From the NCBI GenBank assembly GCA_013265495.1, contig MU058423.1, forward strand, positions 2,061,061-2,125,060: a DNA stretch of 64,000 nucleotides, read 5' to 3'. Positions within the stretch are counted from its first letter, which is position 1. The number at the start of each line of letters is the position of its first letter. A program made the translations under genes and the position numbers. The notes below the pieces were generated by a model that saw only the letters and a program-made list of their open reading frames with translations, searched no databases and was not told where the DNA came from. Below, piece by piece: positions 48,490 to 61,560 of this stretch. Origin of the DNA: Vicugna vicugna (lineage: Eukaryota).

Positions 48490-49805
48490 GTACACCAGGG
48501 GGGTGGGGTTAGAGAGGAACGAAGGACCCCGGGGGTGACAACGCCTCGTCCCCTCCCCTGGGCTGAGTGGTCTTGACCCAGGACTCTGAGCAGCACGGGG
48601 TGCGTGGACTCGAATTGTTCTAAACTTGCACCAGAACCTAAAATGACGCCTGCTGTGTGTGTTTGGGTCTATACAAAGCAGTACTTGGGATGAGAAAGGA
48701 CCTTGGATGTTCTTGCCCCATCCCCAGTCATTAGGCTCCAGTGAAGGGGCAGCAGGCCCCCAATTTCAGGGCCTGGTGGGCGCTTGGGGAGACAACTGTG
48801 TTCCAGCCTGTGCTCTGGCAGGGAGGGGGCGGTGTGGCTGTGAGGACGGGCAGAGGAAAGCCCCCCCCATGACACCTGCAGGCCTGTTTAGGCCTGGGAC
48901 CACGCAGCTCCCGAAGCCCCGCCTCACGCGAGGGCTTCTCCTGGCACTAGGAAAGCCGCAGTCCCCACAGACTCATTGCTGGAGGGCAAGAGCCAGCCTG
49001 GCTGGCATCAACCCATATGCCCACCTGTCCACCCCATCTGGGCCTCAGACTTCATGCTGCCTCAGTGGAGAAGGCTCCCTGAGCAAGAAGCTGGTGACTG
49101 GGGCTGGAAGGCAGGCAGGGGCAGGACCAGGGACCAGGGACTCTTTTCAGGTAGGCCCCTGCCCTGTCCTGCCCTGGAGTCTGCTCTGTCCCTGGTGGGC
49201 ACTGTATGGACAGCACCAAAGTCAGTGGGGCAGGGACCCTGTGCAGGAATGTGGAGGCCTGCCCCTCTCTGGGCACCTCCTGCCCCTCCAGGGGATCTGG
49301 GCTGGATCTTACCTCACCAGATCCCCGCCCCCTTGACCTTGCCCACTCCCAGTTCCCCTGAGCCATGAGCAGAGGTATGAGTCAGAGGCACAGAGAGGGG
49401 CAGCTGTTCCTTCTGAACACTGACACCGATGTCTCAAGGACAAATACAGGACAGAGGCACTGGAAGATGCCCTCTTGGGGGCTCACCGTCTTAAGAAACC
49501 CAGCACTTTCCCTGGTGAATGAAGAGCTTGTGACTCCAGTGGGCACAGCAAGAGGTTGGCTGGAAAATAAATGTGGGGGCTTCCCCATCCCCCCAAGACC
49601 ACTCCTTCCCTGTTTCTGGCAGGCCCAGTGGTGTGAAGGCAATGAGTCACCAGCAAGAAGCGTGTGCCTTTCCCACAGCTGGAGGCTTCCCACGGGACCC
49701 TGCCCTGAGGCCTCGCCTGATGGAGCCGAGAGGAGGAGGTGGCAGCAGGGAGGGCAGCGTGGTCTTCAGGAGAGTGAACACTGGGAATCACAAATCAGCA
49801 CCCTA

Positions 49806-49866
49806 TGCACACCCACACCCACACATGTGCGCACACACACACGCACGCATGCACACGCACACACAC
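49806..49866. repeat. Imperfect (CA)n/(TG)n tract in SLC6A17 3' UTR
   Basis: gcacacccacacccacacatgtgcgcacacacacacgcacgcatgcacacgcacacacac. Confidence 0.8.
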
Positions 49867-51982
49867 CAAGCTCCAGGCCATACGTCTAACAGCAGAGACA
49901 CAGCCAGGACAGCGCCCAGCCTACAACAGCTGGCTACGAGCACTACCCAGCCCACGAGGACCAAGTAGACGGCCCCAGCTCAGCTGCCCTATCGCAGGCT
50001 GGCGGGCTGGGGCCTGGCCCAGCCGCAAGCTACAAAATTAAAAATATATCAAATATACAATGAAAATAGATCTGTACAGCACTGAGGATGAAAATAGTCC
50101 ACCAGCCACAGTATAATATTGGGTTTGTCATTTAACAGCATTTACACCCACATGTACAGATTGAATATACAATAGAAATAGAATATATGGGAGTATATAT
50201 AGTGGAGTGTCTCTCCTGGGGCTTTGCTTTTCCTGTTGCTATTTCTGCTTGGGATTAGGCACGCGGCCAGGTAGGAGGTACTGGCAGGTGAGGGGGCCTA
50301 AAGCGGGATGTTGTGCTCCAAAAGCTCGTGTCTTTGGGGAGATGTGGGTCTCCCTCTCCCCTCTCTCACTCATGAAGGACCAGTGGGGCTGAGAGGGCTG
50401 GAAACGGGAGTACTGTGGTGGCGAGACGAGTAAGGGAGATGGCAGGTAGACCCCAAGGCAGGTCGAGGAACTAAGGGACCAAGGGGTGAAGGAGGGAACC
50501 CTGGGTGTGGTCTGTGCCTCCCAGTGCTGAGAGAAGTCAGGGACACACGAGTGGCTCAGGACCCTCTGTGAAGGTAGCCAGGCCAAGCACTGTGGCCTGC
50601 TCTTGCCCTGCCCACTGCAGCTCTCAAAGATGGAGGTTTGCTGTCCCAGCCATTCTTCCTCCCTTCCTCCCTCCCTCCCATCCATCCATCCATTCATCCA
50701 TCCTTCCATCAATCGCTCTGCAGACTTTTGACCTCCAGTCAGGTTCTAATCCTCTTAGTCTGCACTCTGAAGGCAGCTCTCTTCTGAGGGAGGTGAAGGT
50801 GAGTGTGCGTGGGGATTCTGCAGGCCTGGGTCCCAGGACAGAGGCCTGGCCGTTCCCCTAGGCAACTTGCAGTGTTCACGGGCCATGGGCCAGGCAGCTT
50901 GGGCAAGGTTTCCAAGGTGTCCACACACAACATGCACATGGGGTGGCTGTGCTTGTACAAGGAGAGTGGCGGTGGCCCAGAGGGGCAGTGAAATTATCTC
51001 TTTCCCAGGGGGGTGAGCCCCAGAACTCCAGGGACCCTGGTTCCAGGGGAGAAGCTGCCGCTAGTGAGAAAGGCAGGCCCTGGGCACGAGAGGGGGTGTG
51101 CTTCACAATTGTGCTCCAAACTGTCCAAATAATGCTGGGAACCATCAGGGGTGCTCTGGAGACCTCTCCATGCACTGTGCCGTTCTCTTTCAAGGACAGA
51201 GGCAGAGGCCACCGCCCTGGGCTCCAGGGTTGGGGAGGAGAGGGCAGAATAAGCCCTAATAGAGGTGGGAAGGTTTCCGGGGCCAGGGATTGCCCTCCCA
51301 GGCAAGAGACAGGAGCACACCTCACCCACCCCAGGCAGGGCCAAGGACATTGGAGGTTTCACCTAGAGCCGAGGCAGAGGAATCCCCTCATCCCCGACCC
51401 CTGCTGCCAGTGCTTGTGCTTAAACTAGAAGGCAACATCTGCCTCACCAAACAGAACTAATGGGGACCTCTGCAGACTCCCTCCCAAATCTGAGCCCCGA
51501 GTCCTAGCACACCTGTTCTGTCCCCAACCTTAAATCAGGCACCTCTGGCACAGGACACCTCCAACCCACCCTGGTGCCTCTCACCACGACCACTACCTGG
51601 CAGCACTAAGGGACCCCAAGACCTAAGACCTGCAGGTGTCAAGTTCCAGGGAGAGAAAGAGGAGGGAATGACCCCTGGAGTGGCCACTTGGAGTCTCCCC
51701 TGAGCTGAGAATCGGGACTTCTGGATGCTTCCAGCTACTCAGCTGCAATTTGGTAAGAGGACCTCAGAAGGTTAGCTGCATTGGGGGCCTAGTTTGGGGG
51801 CCAAAGCTTCTCCCAGCCCCTACTCAGATCTAGGGAGCAGAAGTCAGCTGGGACAGGGCGGCAGACGAGGCAGGATGGACCCCCTCTCCTTGGGTGGAGG
51901 ACCTGGCCAGGAGAGAGAGGCCAGGCCGGGACATGTGGGCTGCTTGGGTGTTGGGGGCGAGGCGGGCGGGGCGGGGTGGTGG

Positions 51983-52351
51983 TCACAGCTCTGACTCAGG
52001 GGTGCTGGCCAGGAGGTAGCCGCTCCCATAGCGTCCGTTGGGGTTGCTGTTGGTCTCCATGGGTGATGTGCTGCCGGGCCCCAGGTAGGAGCGGTGAGTG
52101 GGCATGGGGGAGGGTGCCTCACTGGGCACCTTGCTGAGGATGAAGCGGGTCTCATCATTCTCCTCCAGGTTGGAGATGTCCTTCATCATGCGGCCCTTCT
52201 TATAGGACACGGAGAGGGTGTTGGAGCCGTCGGACAGCAGGTGGAAGTGCCGCAGGACAAACACCACAGGGATGGGCAGGACGGCCACAACGATGAGGGT
52301 GATCAGGATGGCCATGGCCCAGTTAGGGAAATACAGGTAGCGCTCGGCAGC
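51983..52351 (-). CDS. SLC6A17: SLC6A17 last coding exon 12 (369 nt incl. stop), ends ...LASTPESEL*
   Basis: ccccAG|GCT; AAERYLYFPNWAMA...KKGRMMKDISNLEENDETRFILSKV...PESEL; TGA at 51985-51983; exons 7-12 sum to 1320 nt in one frame. Exons 1-6 lie beyond the right edge. Confidence 0.97.
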   Translation of the reverse strand, partial: AAERYLYFPNWAMAILITLIVVAVLPIPVVFVLRHFHLLSDGSNTLSVSYKKGRMMKDISNLEENDETRFILSKVPSEAPSPMPTHRSYLGPGSTSPMETNSNPNGRYGSGYLLASTPESEL

Positions 52352-52855
52352 CTGGGGGTGGACAGCGGTGAGGGCTGCCGCCCCGCGCCCTGCTGCAGTC
52401 TCACCCTCTCAGGCCCCAGGACCGCCTCTTCCCGCCCTCTCCCATCCCACCCATCCTGGCCAGGCATCTACAGAGTTGGGGTCCTCTGGGGTTGTTCCCT
52501 GGGTTAGCTGGTCACCATGGCTAAGAGCCTGAGCCTCCCTGGGTCTCAGTTTCTATACTTGTAAAAAGTTGGAGTGGTTCCCCATCACAGACTCCATTTG
52601 GAAAGAAAACCCAGGTTAGAAAGACTGGACACGCGCATTAACCTTTCTGAGCCTCAGTTTCCCCTTCTGTGTGATTGAGATAACGTCACCTTTCTCTGTT
52701 TGGGTTGTCGTAAAGGTTTCAAATCAGGTGTGCAAAGCCCCTGGCAGGGCCTGGCACTGAGTAGTTGCCCTAACTGGGTTTATCTCTATCACCTGTTGCA
52801 TTAAAGGCCTGGGAAGATGTCAATGTCCCTGGGGTTTCGGGCCCCCACCTCTCAC

Positions 52856-53018
52856 CTCCTCCTTAATCCAGGCGCTGTAGCCTGGGGGCGTGACCCCCAG
52901 CTGGATGATGCTGGCCGTGGTGAGCACAGCCATGCACAGCGGAGACACGAACTTCCACATGTAGAAATAGAAGCGGTAGGGCCGGAAGCCCAGCATCTCC
53001 GTCAACTCCTGCATGAAC
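52856..53018 (-). CDS. SLC6A17: SLC6A17 exon 11 (163 nt)
   Basis: tggcAG|G; FMQELTEMLGFRPYRFYFYMWKFVSP...WIKEE; donor GAG|GTGAGA. Confidence 0.96.
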
Positions 53019-53409
53019 CTGCCAAGCACAGCAGAGGGCCCTGAAGTTGGCATCCCCACTGCACCTGCACAATGCCCCCCAGCTCCCTCCTCTGGGAAGC
53101 CTTCGCTGACCAGTCTCTCCCTCTCAGGCTGTTCCATTCTTCACATTCAACACTCCCAGTGCATCATTCTGTGGCCCAGCTGGCCTCTGAAAAGGCTCTG
53201 CTGTCCTCCTCTTCCTCTGACTACATCGCGTCACACCCCACCCAAGGAGATGATACAGCCCACGGGACACACCCGAGGCAGGTGGACGGGATCCAGGGGG
53301 CTTTGCTGGGCACCCAGCCCCACTCATACCAGCCTGGCTCTAGACTCCCCCTGCTGGAAGAGAGGTAGAAGTGCACATCTCTAGAATCCAAAGGCAGAAG
53401 GCAGCCCTG

Positions 53410-53885
53410 ACTCGGGGATTTCTAACCACACGGTGTGTGGGTGGAATTCCGGGAGGCTGGCAGGATGCGTACACAGATGGAATTCAAAAAATCATCTTTA
53501 CCTCAGTAACACTTAACTGAAATCTTTCCTTTCTTTCTATTATAAAGGCAAGGAATGACAGTACTATTAATAGTACCCGGGACTCTGTAAGCAATTGATT
53601 AAATCCCAGATACTTTCCTATCGCATTACAATGGCGATATCTACAAACATCATTTATGCGTATCACCACTTTGAAATTATCATCGTTATCAGACCCACAG
53701 CTAGATACTGCAACTTAATGCAGTAAAAATAAAGTATGCATATATTACTACATCACAGATTTTAAACATTCTTTTGTAATTTTCAATATAATGAGTTTCT
53801 TATACAATCTTAGATATTTTATCTTATGCATTTAAAAATAATATTCTGAGAAGGAGGTACGGGGCTTCACTAGACTGCAGTAGAG
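53410..53885. mobile_element. AT-rich hAT-Charlie-like DNA transposon remnant in SLC6A17 intron 10
   Basis: Abrupt AT-rich block ending aataatattctgagaaggaggtacggggcttcactagactgc; subfamily uncertain. Confidence 0.5.
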
Positions 53886-54672
53886 TGAGAGCCCTTCCAG
53901 CGCCCTGGCCCACAGGGTTGCTCCCTGTCTGCTCTCCCCATCCCCTCCTGCACACTCCTAGGAAGCAGATGGCTGTAGCAGGGCCTGTAGAGAGCCTGAT
54001 TTTAACACCAGGTCTAGACATCGGGGAGAGTCAGGAGTCCAGGGCCTTGCTGAGTGTGCGTGGGAGGCCTAGTCCTGGGGCTTCCTGGGAACACAGGTTT
54101 GTCTTTAAATGAGGAAAGAGGCCAGGGGCGATAGTGTGCATAGGTTTGCCGGAGGCTCAGGCCATGAGACCCAGTCCATTCATATTGCTGAACTCCTCTT
54201 ACCCCACCCAGTCCCAAACTTGGGGCTCCCATCACGGCCTGTCTCACACCCCTTTTGTAGCTCACCCTAAAAAGTGTGAGTCAGGCTGCTGAAGTTGACA
54301 GGTTCTTTGAGGGCAGGGGCCGCTTGTGTATGTACTAAATGCTTAACAAGCGGGACAGAATACAGTTGGTACCTGGGAAAGTTGCTTCGGTAATTTAAGG
54401 CAATTTAGGAGGATGCCAGAACCTGGACCCAGGAGACTTGTGTCCTCAGCCTGGCTCTGTCTCTCACCAGCCAAGTGGCTTTGGACAGTCGTGTCCTCTC
54501 TCTGACACTCAGTTTCCCTAAAGGAGCTGTAAGGGCACTTTCAGACTGACATCCTGACTCTGTGATCTCCTGTCCCACTCACGAGCAGCTCTGGGCACAC
54601 AGCACTCTCCAGGGAGTCATGATGGGATGGACCCCTCTTCCTGTCCCCACCCCTCCCCCACGACCCCCTTAC

Positions 54673-54832
54673 TTCTTGGTTCCATAGATCCAGGCCACAG
54701 CGACGTTCTCAAGGATGACAATGACGGTGAGTGGCAGGGTGGCCGAGTAGTCATCAAACATGGTGACAAAGTAGTTTCCGGAGCGCTGGACGAACAACAG
54801 CCCCACGAAGAATGCAAAGACACAGCAGCCCA
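54673..54832 (-). CDS. SLC6A17: SLC6A17 exon 10 (160 nt)
   Basis: ctgt[33 protein letters not shown]...AWIYGTK; donor AA|GTAAGG. Confidence 0.96.
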
Positions 54833-55375
54833 CTACAGAGAGCCGGAAGGCCGGTGTGGGGGCAAAGGTGCAGGGTGGGCAGGGCCCAGAGGATCTTGGG
54901 GGCACCCAGGCCCCCCCATCCCACCCCTTTCCTCAGCAGGCCTGCAGCCCACCCTCCGGCAGACCCAGCCCTGAATAGGGGGAGGGGTCCAGATGCTGAG
55001 GTTCAGAGCTCCCACTCTTCTAGGCAGGGAGCATCCTGGGGCCAGGAGTGACCGGGATGGAAGCGGAGTGCAAGGCCAGCATGGAGGGAGGCCACCCCTG
55101 CCAAGACACTTCAGAGGCCCTTGGGGAGAAGGGCAAATCTCCCAGCCCAAGTTTGGCACAGATTCCCAAACAGCTTTCTCCCTCCTGGCTCTTAAGTGGT
55201 CTTCTCTGGGTGGCAGAGCCAGATTCCAGCTACATCCTGGGGGAGTGGAGCCTTCTAAGGATGGAGTCATGAATAACCCAGTCAGAACCCAATCTTTCTA
55301 AAATTAGAGCCACAACCTGATCGCTGTCCCCCAGGGTAGTGCACAAGGTCAGTGGGGGCTGCCAGGAGGAGTTAC

Positions 55376-55568
55376 CTGTGAACATCTCCTTGGGCACCTT
55401 GAAGGTGTCGATGATGGGCGTGGTGATGCCTGCCATGGTCCCGATCATACTGCCCAGGCCCAGGTTGATGAGCATCAGGAAGAACATGACAGACCAGAAC
55501 GGGGAGGCAGGGAAGTGCGTCATGGCCTCGGTAAAGGCTATAAAGGCCAGGCCTGTGCCCTGCACGGA
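55376..55568 (-). CDS. SLC6A17: SLC6A17 exon 9 (193 nt)
   Basis: cctc[46 protein letters not shown]; donor CAG|GTAAC. Confidence 0.96.
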
Positions 55569-56252
55569 CTGAGGGTGGGGCAGAGGTTGGGGTTCAGTGA
55601 GGGTCCATGCCCACCTGGGAGCCCCCTGCTTCTTTATCTCTGCCCTGGGAGCTTTAGGAATAGCTGTTCCCTTTCACAGGGATCTCCACCCTCACCTAAA
55701 TCCTCTTGTTTTTGGTCTCAAACTATAGTGAGCATCCGATTCCACCCCTGCCACCCCACCCAGGGAGTAAAACACTAATTCAGGAGTTGGCCTGCAGGGC
55801 TTGGGTTCTGCAAGTTGTCCAAGGACTCTGGGTGGTTCAGTTGAAGATGCTCACTTTTAGACACATGCCCAGCTCAGGACTCTCTTCCTCTAAGCAGTGT
55901 GGCCACCCCCAGCTCTGAACTCCAGCCTTTAATGTAGTCTTCTCAGCCACAGCTGTCCAATGGACTCAAATGGGAGCCTTTAAAAAACACCAATGCCTGG
56001 GTCTTTCCCCAGGAACTAGGATTTGCTTGGCCTGCAGGGTAAAGCTGGATATTAGGGTTTTATAAAGCCCCCGGCTGACTGATGGGCCGCCTAGGAAGAC
56101 AGCACTGCTTCAATGGTTGGAACCTCTCATGGGGAACTGACCACATACTGTCAGCTGACATTACTTCTGTGCTGTCCTGTGATGTCCAGTGACTGCAAGG
56201 GACCACCTTTACCAACTGTGTGAGAATGTAGTTCTTGGCATTTGGATATTAT

Positions 56253-56304
56253 TAAGATTGTATTATATTTTAAAAATATAAGATTGTATTATATTTTTTA
56301 AAAT
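56253..56304. repeat. AT-rich tandem duplication, about 26 bp x2
   Basis: taagattgtattatatttt(a/t)aaaat repeated twice. Confidence 0.8.
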
Positions 56305-57305
56305 GCTACAATTCTTGTTGTATTCAGAGGACCAGGCCACGCCTGTGAGAATGGGACAGGGTCTCAAGGAAGGGGCAGTCCTTTGTGCTGCCAGTCACCT
56401 GGGGAAGAAACCAGGGCAGGGGTCCCCAGACAGGGCCTTTTTGCTCCTGATCACATGGGAAGTGGTCACGGGGTACAGGACACCATCCCTCAGAGTTAGG
56501 ATGGTGCCAGTAGAACGAAGCTGATTCACCCCACTGTGAGCCTAGCTACCAGCTGGGTCCCAGGACCCCATGGGCGTGTCTCTCTCCTGTTACCTCTCCT
56601 AATAGAACAGTCACTTTGTGTTTCCAGCTGTGCAAACAGGGATAGAAGTGAGATGTCCAAACTGGGGCCTGAGCATTAATGAGGGAGCAGTGTCACCCCG
56701 CCCCACCCGGAGGCCAAGGGTCATTGTGGCAGTTGGAGTGGGGCAGTTGTGGAAGGGGTGGAAGCATAAAGATTTGAACCCCAGTTTCTTGACTTCCTAG
56801 CTGCAAGGCCTCGAACAGCCTCCCAGCATACAGGCTGCTCACCTGTAAAATAGGTGACGGTATTCATATTCAGCTCACAGTGCTGTCATGAGGGCCCAGA
56901 GGGGTGGACAGCAAAGGGCAGATGCTAATGTAAACACTTATTTTCTGCATGCTGGGTCCAAGGCACTGTTTCAAGTGCATTACATGTGGCAGTGATGGGT
57001 GTGCAGGAAACCCATTCAAGAAACATGAAAGCCGTCCACACTGCCTCTGATTTCCAGGACAGATGTGTCTGCCTCGTCTTCTCAGCAAGACTCAGCCTAT
57101 CCCAGGGCAGGGGTTTTAGCCAGCACCTTCCCTCTCTCCCTCTCTGGGCACATAGTAGGTCCTCGCTTTTCAAATAAATGAGTGAATCCCTGGTGGCTTT
57201 CTGCACTCAAGCACCAGCCACCTCCCCATCCTTGGCCTGTCTCTGGGTTCCATACTCCCACGTCTGCCTTCCTGCCCGTCTCATGAAAGACAACCTTGAC
57301 CGCAC

Positions 57306-57498
57306 CTTGTCCAGCTCGTCCTCCAGAAGGCAGGGATCGAGGCCCAGGGCTGAGAAATGGTCCTCCTTCACCGTCTTGATGACCTTGTACATCTCCGCGT
57401 AGTCCTTGGTGGTCAGGTGGGAGAAGTTGACATGGGGAGGGATGAGGGCCCGGCTCAGGACATCAGTGTTGAGGTACCCCAGGATCTTCTCAGCATTC
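57306..57498 (-). CDS. SLC6A17: SLC6A17 exon 8 (193 nt, extracellular loop 4)
   Basis: gctgcAG|G; NAEKILGYLNTDVLS...DPCLLEDELDK; donor AAG|GTGCG. Confidence 0.96.
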
Positions 57499-57744
57499 CT
57501 GCAGCACAAAGAGGAAGATAAGGTAAAAAGATTAAAAAAAAAAAAGTAAGCTAAAAAAGCAGGGCTGGGCACCATCCTGGGGGCACCTCCCAGACACCCA
57601 GGCACGGCGCCACGGGCCATCAACAGAGACATCTCTGATGCCGTCCCTGTGGTCCAGGGTGGGGACCGAGAGCACCTAGGCTCTCCATCCCCAGCCCAAC
57701 CTCAGACAGGGAGGAGAAGGGATGGGAGGAGAGGTGCCACCTAC

Positions 57745-57986
57745 TCGACCACACACTTCTCGTTCATGATGTTGGCCTTGAAACCCAGCACGGCGAACAC
57801 CACGAGGGTGGCCAGCACGGAGGTGAAGAAGTTGATGAAGGACACCAGGGCAGCGTCGAAGTGGCAGTTGTTGTCCTGCTTGTTGTAGCTGGAGAAGGCG
57901 ATGACACCCCCAAAGCCCAGCCCCAGGGCAAAGAAGACCTGTGTGGCCGCCTCCCGCCACACCTGGGGGTCCAGCATCTTGTCCAG
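57745..57986 (-). CDS. SLC6A17: SLC6A17 exon 7 (242 nt)
   Basis: cccac[40 protein letters not shown] (SLC6 TM6); donor GA|GTAGGT. Confidence 0.96.
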
Positions 57987-58207
57987 CTGTGGGGGGGGAA
58001 AGGAGGACCATGGCAGGGGGGGGAAGAGACACACAAATAATGCCTTTATTCACCTGCAATTCACCACACCCCCTTTCCTCAGCCTCACTAGTTCAGAGGC
58101 GGCAGCATGGTGTGGGGGTAAAGGCCTGTGGCCATGGGAGCTCGGGCAGTTCCCTTAACCCCCTGAGCCTCAGGTCCCCCATGTGTAAAATACAGATAAC
58201 GCGATTA

Positions 58208-58525
58208 TCAGAAATCAAAAAAATATGGCAAACTAGTGAATATAATGAAAAAGAAGCAGACTGACAGATGCAGAGAACACACTAGAGGTTACCAGTGCTC
58301 TGGGAGAGGGAAGGGTGGAGGGGCACCCAGGGGTGGGGGAGTGAGAGGTATAAACTACTAGGTGTAAACTAAGCTACGAGGAAGTATTGCACAGCACAGG
58401 GACTATGGCCAACATTTTATAATGACTCTAAATGGAGTATAAGCTTTAAAAATTGTCATCACTATATTGTACACCTGTAAATTATGAAATAATTGTACAT
58501 CAACAACACTTCCATTAAAAAAAGA
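58208..58525 (+). mobile_element. L1 3' end fragment in SLC6A17 intron 6
   Basis: aaaagaagcagactgacagatgcagagaac...gttaccagtg...tattgcacagcacaggga...actatattgtacacctg, A-rich tail. Confidence 0.75.
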
Positions 58526-58696
58526 AGAGTAACAACTTCAGACCATTGTTGCAAAGCCTAAGTAAGATAAAATAAAAGCTACATGCTTACATAGTAAATT
58601 CTCAGTTAATTTCAACTGCTATCGTTGCTTACCACGGAGCTATCATGCCAAAGAACATCTTTAAGGCCATTGGGTATGATGTGTAGTGCAAAAGCT

Positions 58697-58780
58697 AGGG
58701 AGTGCCATTCACTTAGACTATAGTGTGAATGGTGCCTCCTGGAGTCGGGCAGTGTACAACCTGCCCAACAGTACGAGACA
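58697..58780. mobile_element. MER91-like (hAT-Tip100) hairpin MITE fragment
   Basis: ggagtgccattcac-N12-gtgaatggtgcctcc inverted repeat followed by ggagtcgggcagtgtacaacctgccc. Confidence 0.6.
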
Positions 58781-60249
58781 ACTAAGACCACCAAAGTGTC
58801 CCTGATACCTCCTCCACCTCAAACCATGAAAAAGGATAGCAACCTCTCCCTCCTGCTCACCCAAATGCTCTTTTCCAAAAAAGATAAAGGCCCATAGTTC
58901 ATTCATATACATTTACATGTTCTCGATCACAGAAGAACCACCCCCCACCCACCCAACTTGAAGCACAGAACCCAGACACTTCCTGAAGACAGAAAGCTCC
59001 TGCCTGACTCTCAGACTGCTCCAGATTGACAGGAGCCCAAACCTCCACAGCATCAAGATGGCACGAGGCAATTTCCAAATGCTTCTCAGGTCTGTCTTCC
59101 TTTTATTGTTTGTTCCTCAAGGCAGGGACCACAGCTTGGACCCAGCACAGGGCTTTAGAGTCAGACAGACCCAGTTCTAAGTCTGACTTCCTCTTTAAAT
59201 AGTTGAAAGGCTTAGACAAGTGACGGGGCCTGTTTTATAAACCTCTGTTTTCTCATCCAAGAAATGGAATAAAAATAGAGCCTCCCTCCCAGAATGATGG
59301 TGAGGTTCAAATGAACAGTCACAAGTAATGCCTGGCGCATAGGAGCATCTAATTCTGACAAAGTACCTCTGACCTCAGGACAGAGGTGGTTTTGTTTTTT
59401 TGTTTTTTGTTTTTGCTGGGGAGGGGGGTGGGGATGGAATTGTTAGCCACATTTTGAAAGAGTAAAGTGAGACCCAAAGGTGAAATTACTTGACCAAATT
59501 AATGGAGCTGGCTAGTTGGGGCAGAGGAGTTATTAAAATACAGATCGCCTGACACTGGACCATGGCTTCCTTCTAGCATCATCTCCTGACTCAGCCGGCC
59601 TGCGGCAATACTCCCCAGACCACTTTCCCCAGTGGACCCAAGGGACTGCACTCCAGACAGATGAGGAAGGCCAGGAGCCAACTAGAGACCCCGCCTTCCC
59701 CACCCGGCTCCCGCTGGCACAAGCCCCACGTGGTCCTGGCCCGGCCGCCGCTTGCTGCGTGCCTGTGGGTAGGATGCTCCTTGTGTGTACAGTGTAGTGA
59801 CGGACTTGAGGATCCATTCAGCTCTAATATTTCAGCCCTAACATCTGGAACAGAGGCCCACCACCTCAGCAGCTTCCCAGGCATGTCTGAGCACCAGAAG
59901 TCACTCCCCGGCTAAGCTTGGGGGCTGGCAGAGCGGTGGGCTGGGGAGGAGGCTGAGGAGGGCGCTGGCAGTAGAGCCTTTGGGCTTTGGGGCTCCTACA
60001 CAAGGGGAGGCCCAGCAGGACTGCCTGGCTGGCCAGTATGTGGGCTCCAGGGGAGATTAAGGTCCCTGACTCCACACAAAATAGCTAAAGCCATCTTGGC
60101 CCACCAGGAAAGCCCAGAGCCCAGACCTTAAGGAGCCAGGAGTCCCTTGGCATCCATGAGGAGGAGACACCCTCCCACGCCTCCCCCTCACTGGACACTC
60201 AACAGCTGTAACGCGTTGTGCCCTCCCTGTGGATACGGCATGCCACCAC

Positions 60250-61560
60250 TCATCCATAGACTTAAGCACCTACCGTGGGCCAAGCCCAGTGCTGGGTGCT
60301 GGGGAACCATGGGGAGCAACAGTGGGCAAAGTTCCAGCGTTTGTGGAGTTGACATTCCAGTTGGAGAGACGGCCATTGCTCAAATGAGCCCACAAACAGA
60401 TGCGAAGTTGCAAAATTGACAAAGTCTCCGAAAGCCAAGTACCCAAGGCTGGGAAAGCCTGTGACAAGGATTTGAGTGAGTTAGGAGGCCAGGGGAGGCT
60501 TCCCAGAGGAAGGGATCTTTGAGCTGCCTTCACTAAGGGGAAAGAAGAGCATTCTGGCAGGGGGAACAGTGTGTGCAGAGGTCCCGAGGTGGAACGGAGG
60601 ACACCTCTCCTCACACAGGGAGCAACGTGTGAAGGGAAGTGCAAGGGGCCAAGCTGGCTGAAACGCCAAGAACAAGGCGGGAGTGGTCCCGACGAGGCTG
60701 GGAGAGTCAGAGAAGCCAGAGCAAAGGCCCGTAAGGATCTTTATCTTGAGCTAAGGAAGCACTTAATTCGGGATACTGCTAAGGTGTGAAAGAGGAGGGG
60801 AATGATTGGGTGCGCATTTCTAAAAGAAACCAGTGGACATAGAAGACCTGCTAGGGAGTGCTTTTTGGGGTCCAGATGGGAGGTAATGGTGGCGTTGCCT
60901 AGGGTCAGGGTGGTAAGATGGAGCGATTACAGCAGGAAAAACCAAGATGACCTTACTGATGGACTAGAGATGGGGAGGGGGGCGCTGGAGGAGGAGATGC
61001 CAGGGTGGCGGCCACATCGCTAGCCTGCAGACCTGAGTGGGTGGAAATGGAAACAGCAGAAGAAGGGCAGGTCTCGATGGGCTGGAACAGGGAGGATCAA
61101 AACACCAGTTCTAGAAGTGTTGAGTTTAACGTGTCCTTTAGATAGCTACGAGGAGATGTCAAACCGGCAGTTAGACAAATGAGTCTGGAGTTTAGAGGAG
61201 AGTGCTGTGCTGGAGATATATGTGAGTAGCAGGCGTACCAGCAGTGACTGCAGCTGTGGCTGTGCACAGAGGGAGACGAGGCAAGAGCCAAGTCAAGATC
61301 TCCAAGTGTGATGCGGGGAAGAGGATTTTACAAGAGAGGGAGCGGAGCAGCAGCAGTAGAGACAGGAGGAAAAGCAAGAGGGGGCTGGGTCACGGAGGGA
61401 AGAAAGCCCTCCAGGGAAGAGGGGGACCTGTGCTACAGTGAAAGATGCTATAGCCACGAGGTCATGGGTGTGCTTAGTCAGAGCCGTTCAGAGAGCGATG
61501 GACCAGAAGACAAGTAGGAATGAGAAGAGTTGAGAGGAAGAGGGGAAGAAATGGAGGCAG
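60250..61560. mobile_element. Long degraded L2 region in SLC6A17 intron 6
   Basis: taagcacctaccgtgggccaagcccagtgctgggtgctgggga, gagcattctggcagggggaacag, gttgagtttaacgtgtcctttagatagc...gagtctggagtttagaggagag. Confidence 0.6.

Noticed and set aside
49796..49917. REST/NRSE half-sites TCAGCACC and GGACAGCGCC in the SLC6A17 3' UTR
   Set aside because: Halves are about 100 bp apart, not a canonical or known non-canonical spacing
57306..57498. Several substitutions in SLC6A17 exon 8 relative to the human sequence as recalled
   Set aside because: Extracellular loop 4 is a variable region; frame, splice sites and the NFS sequon are intact
58697..58770. Hairpins resembling a pre-miRNA in SLC6A17 intron 6
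   Set aside because: Explained by a MER91-like MITE; stem of about 14 bp is too short for a typical Drosha substrate
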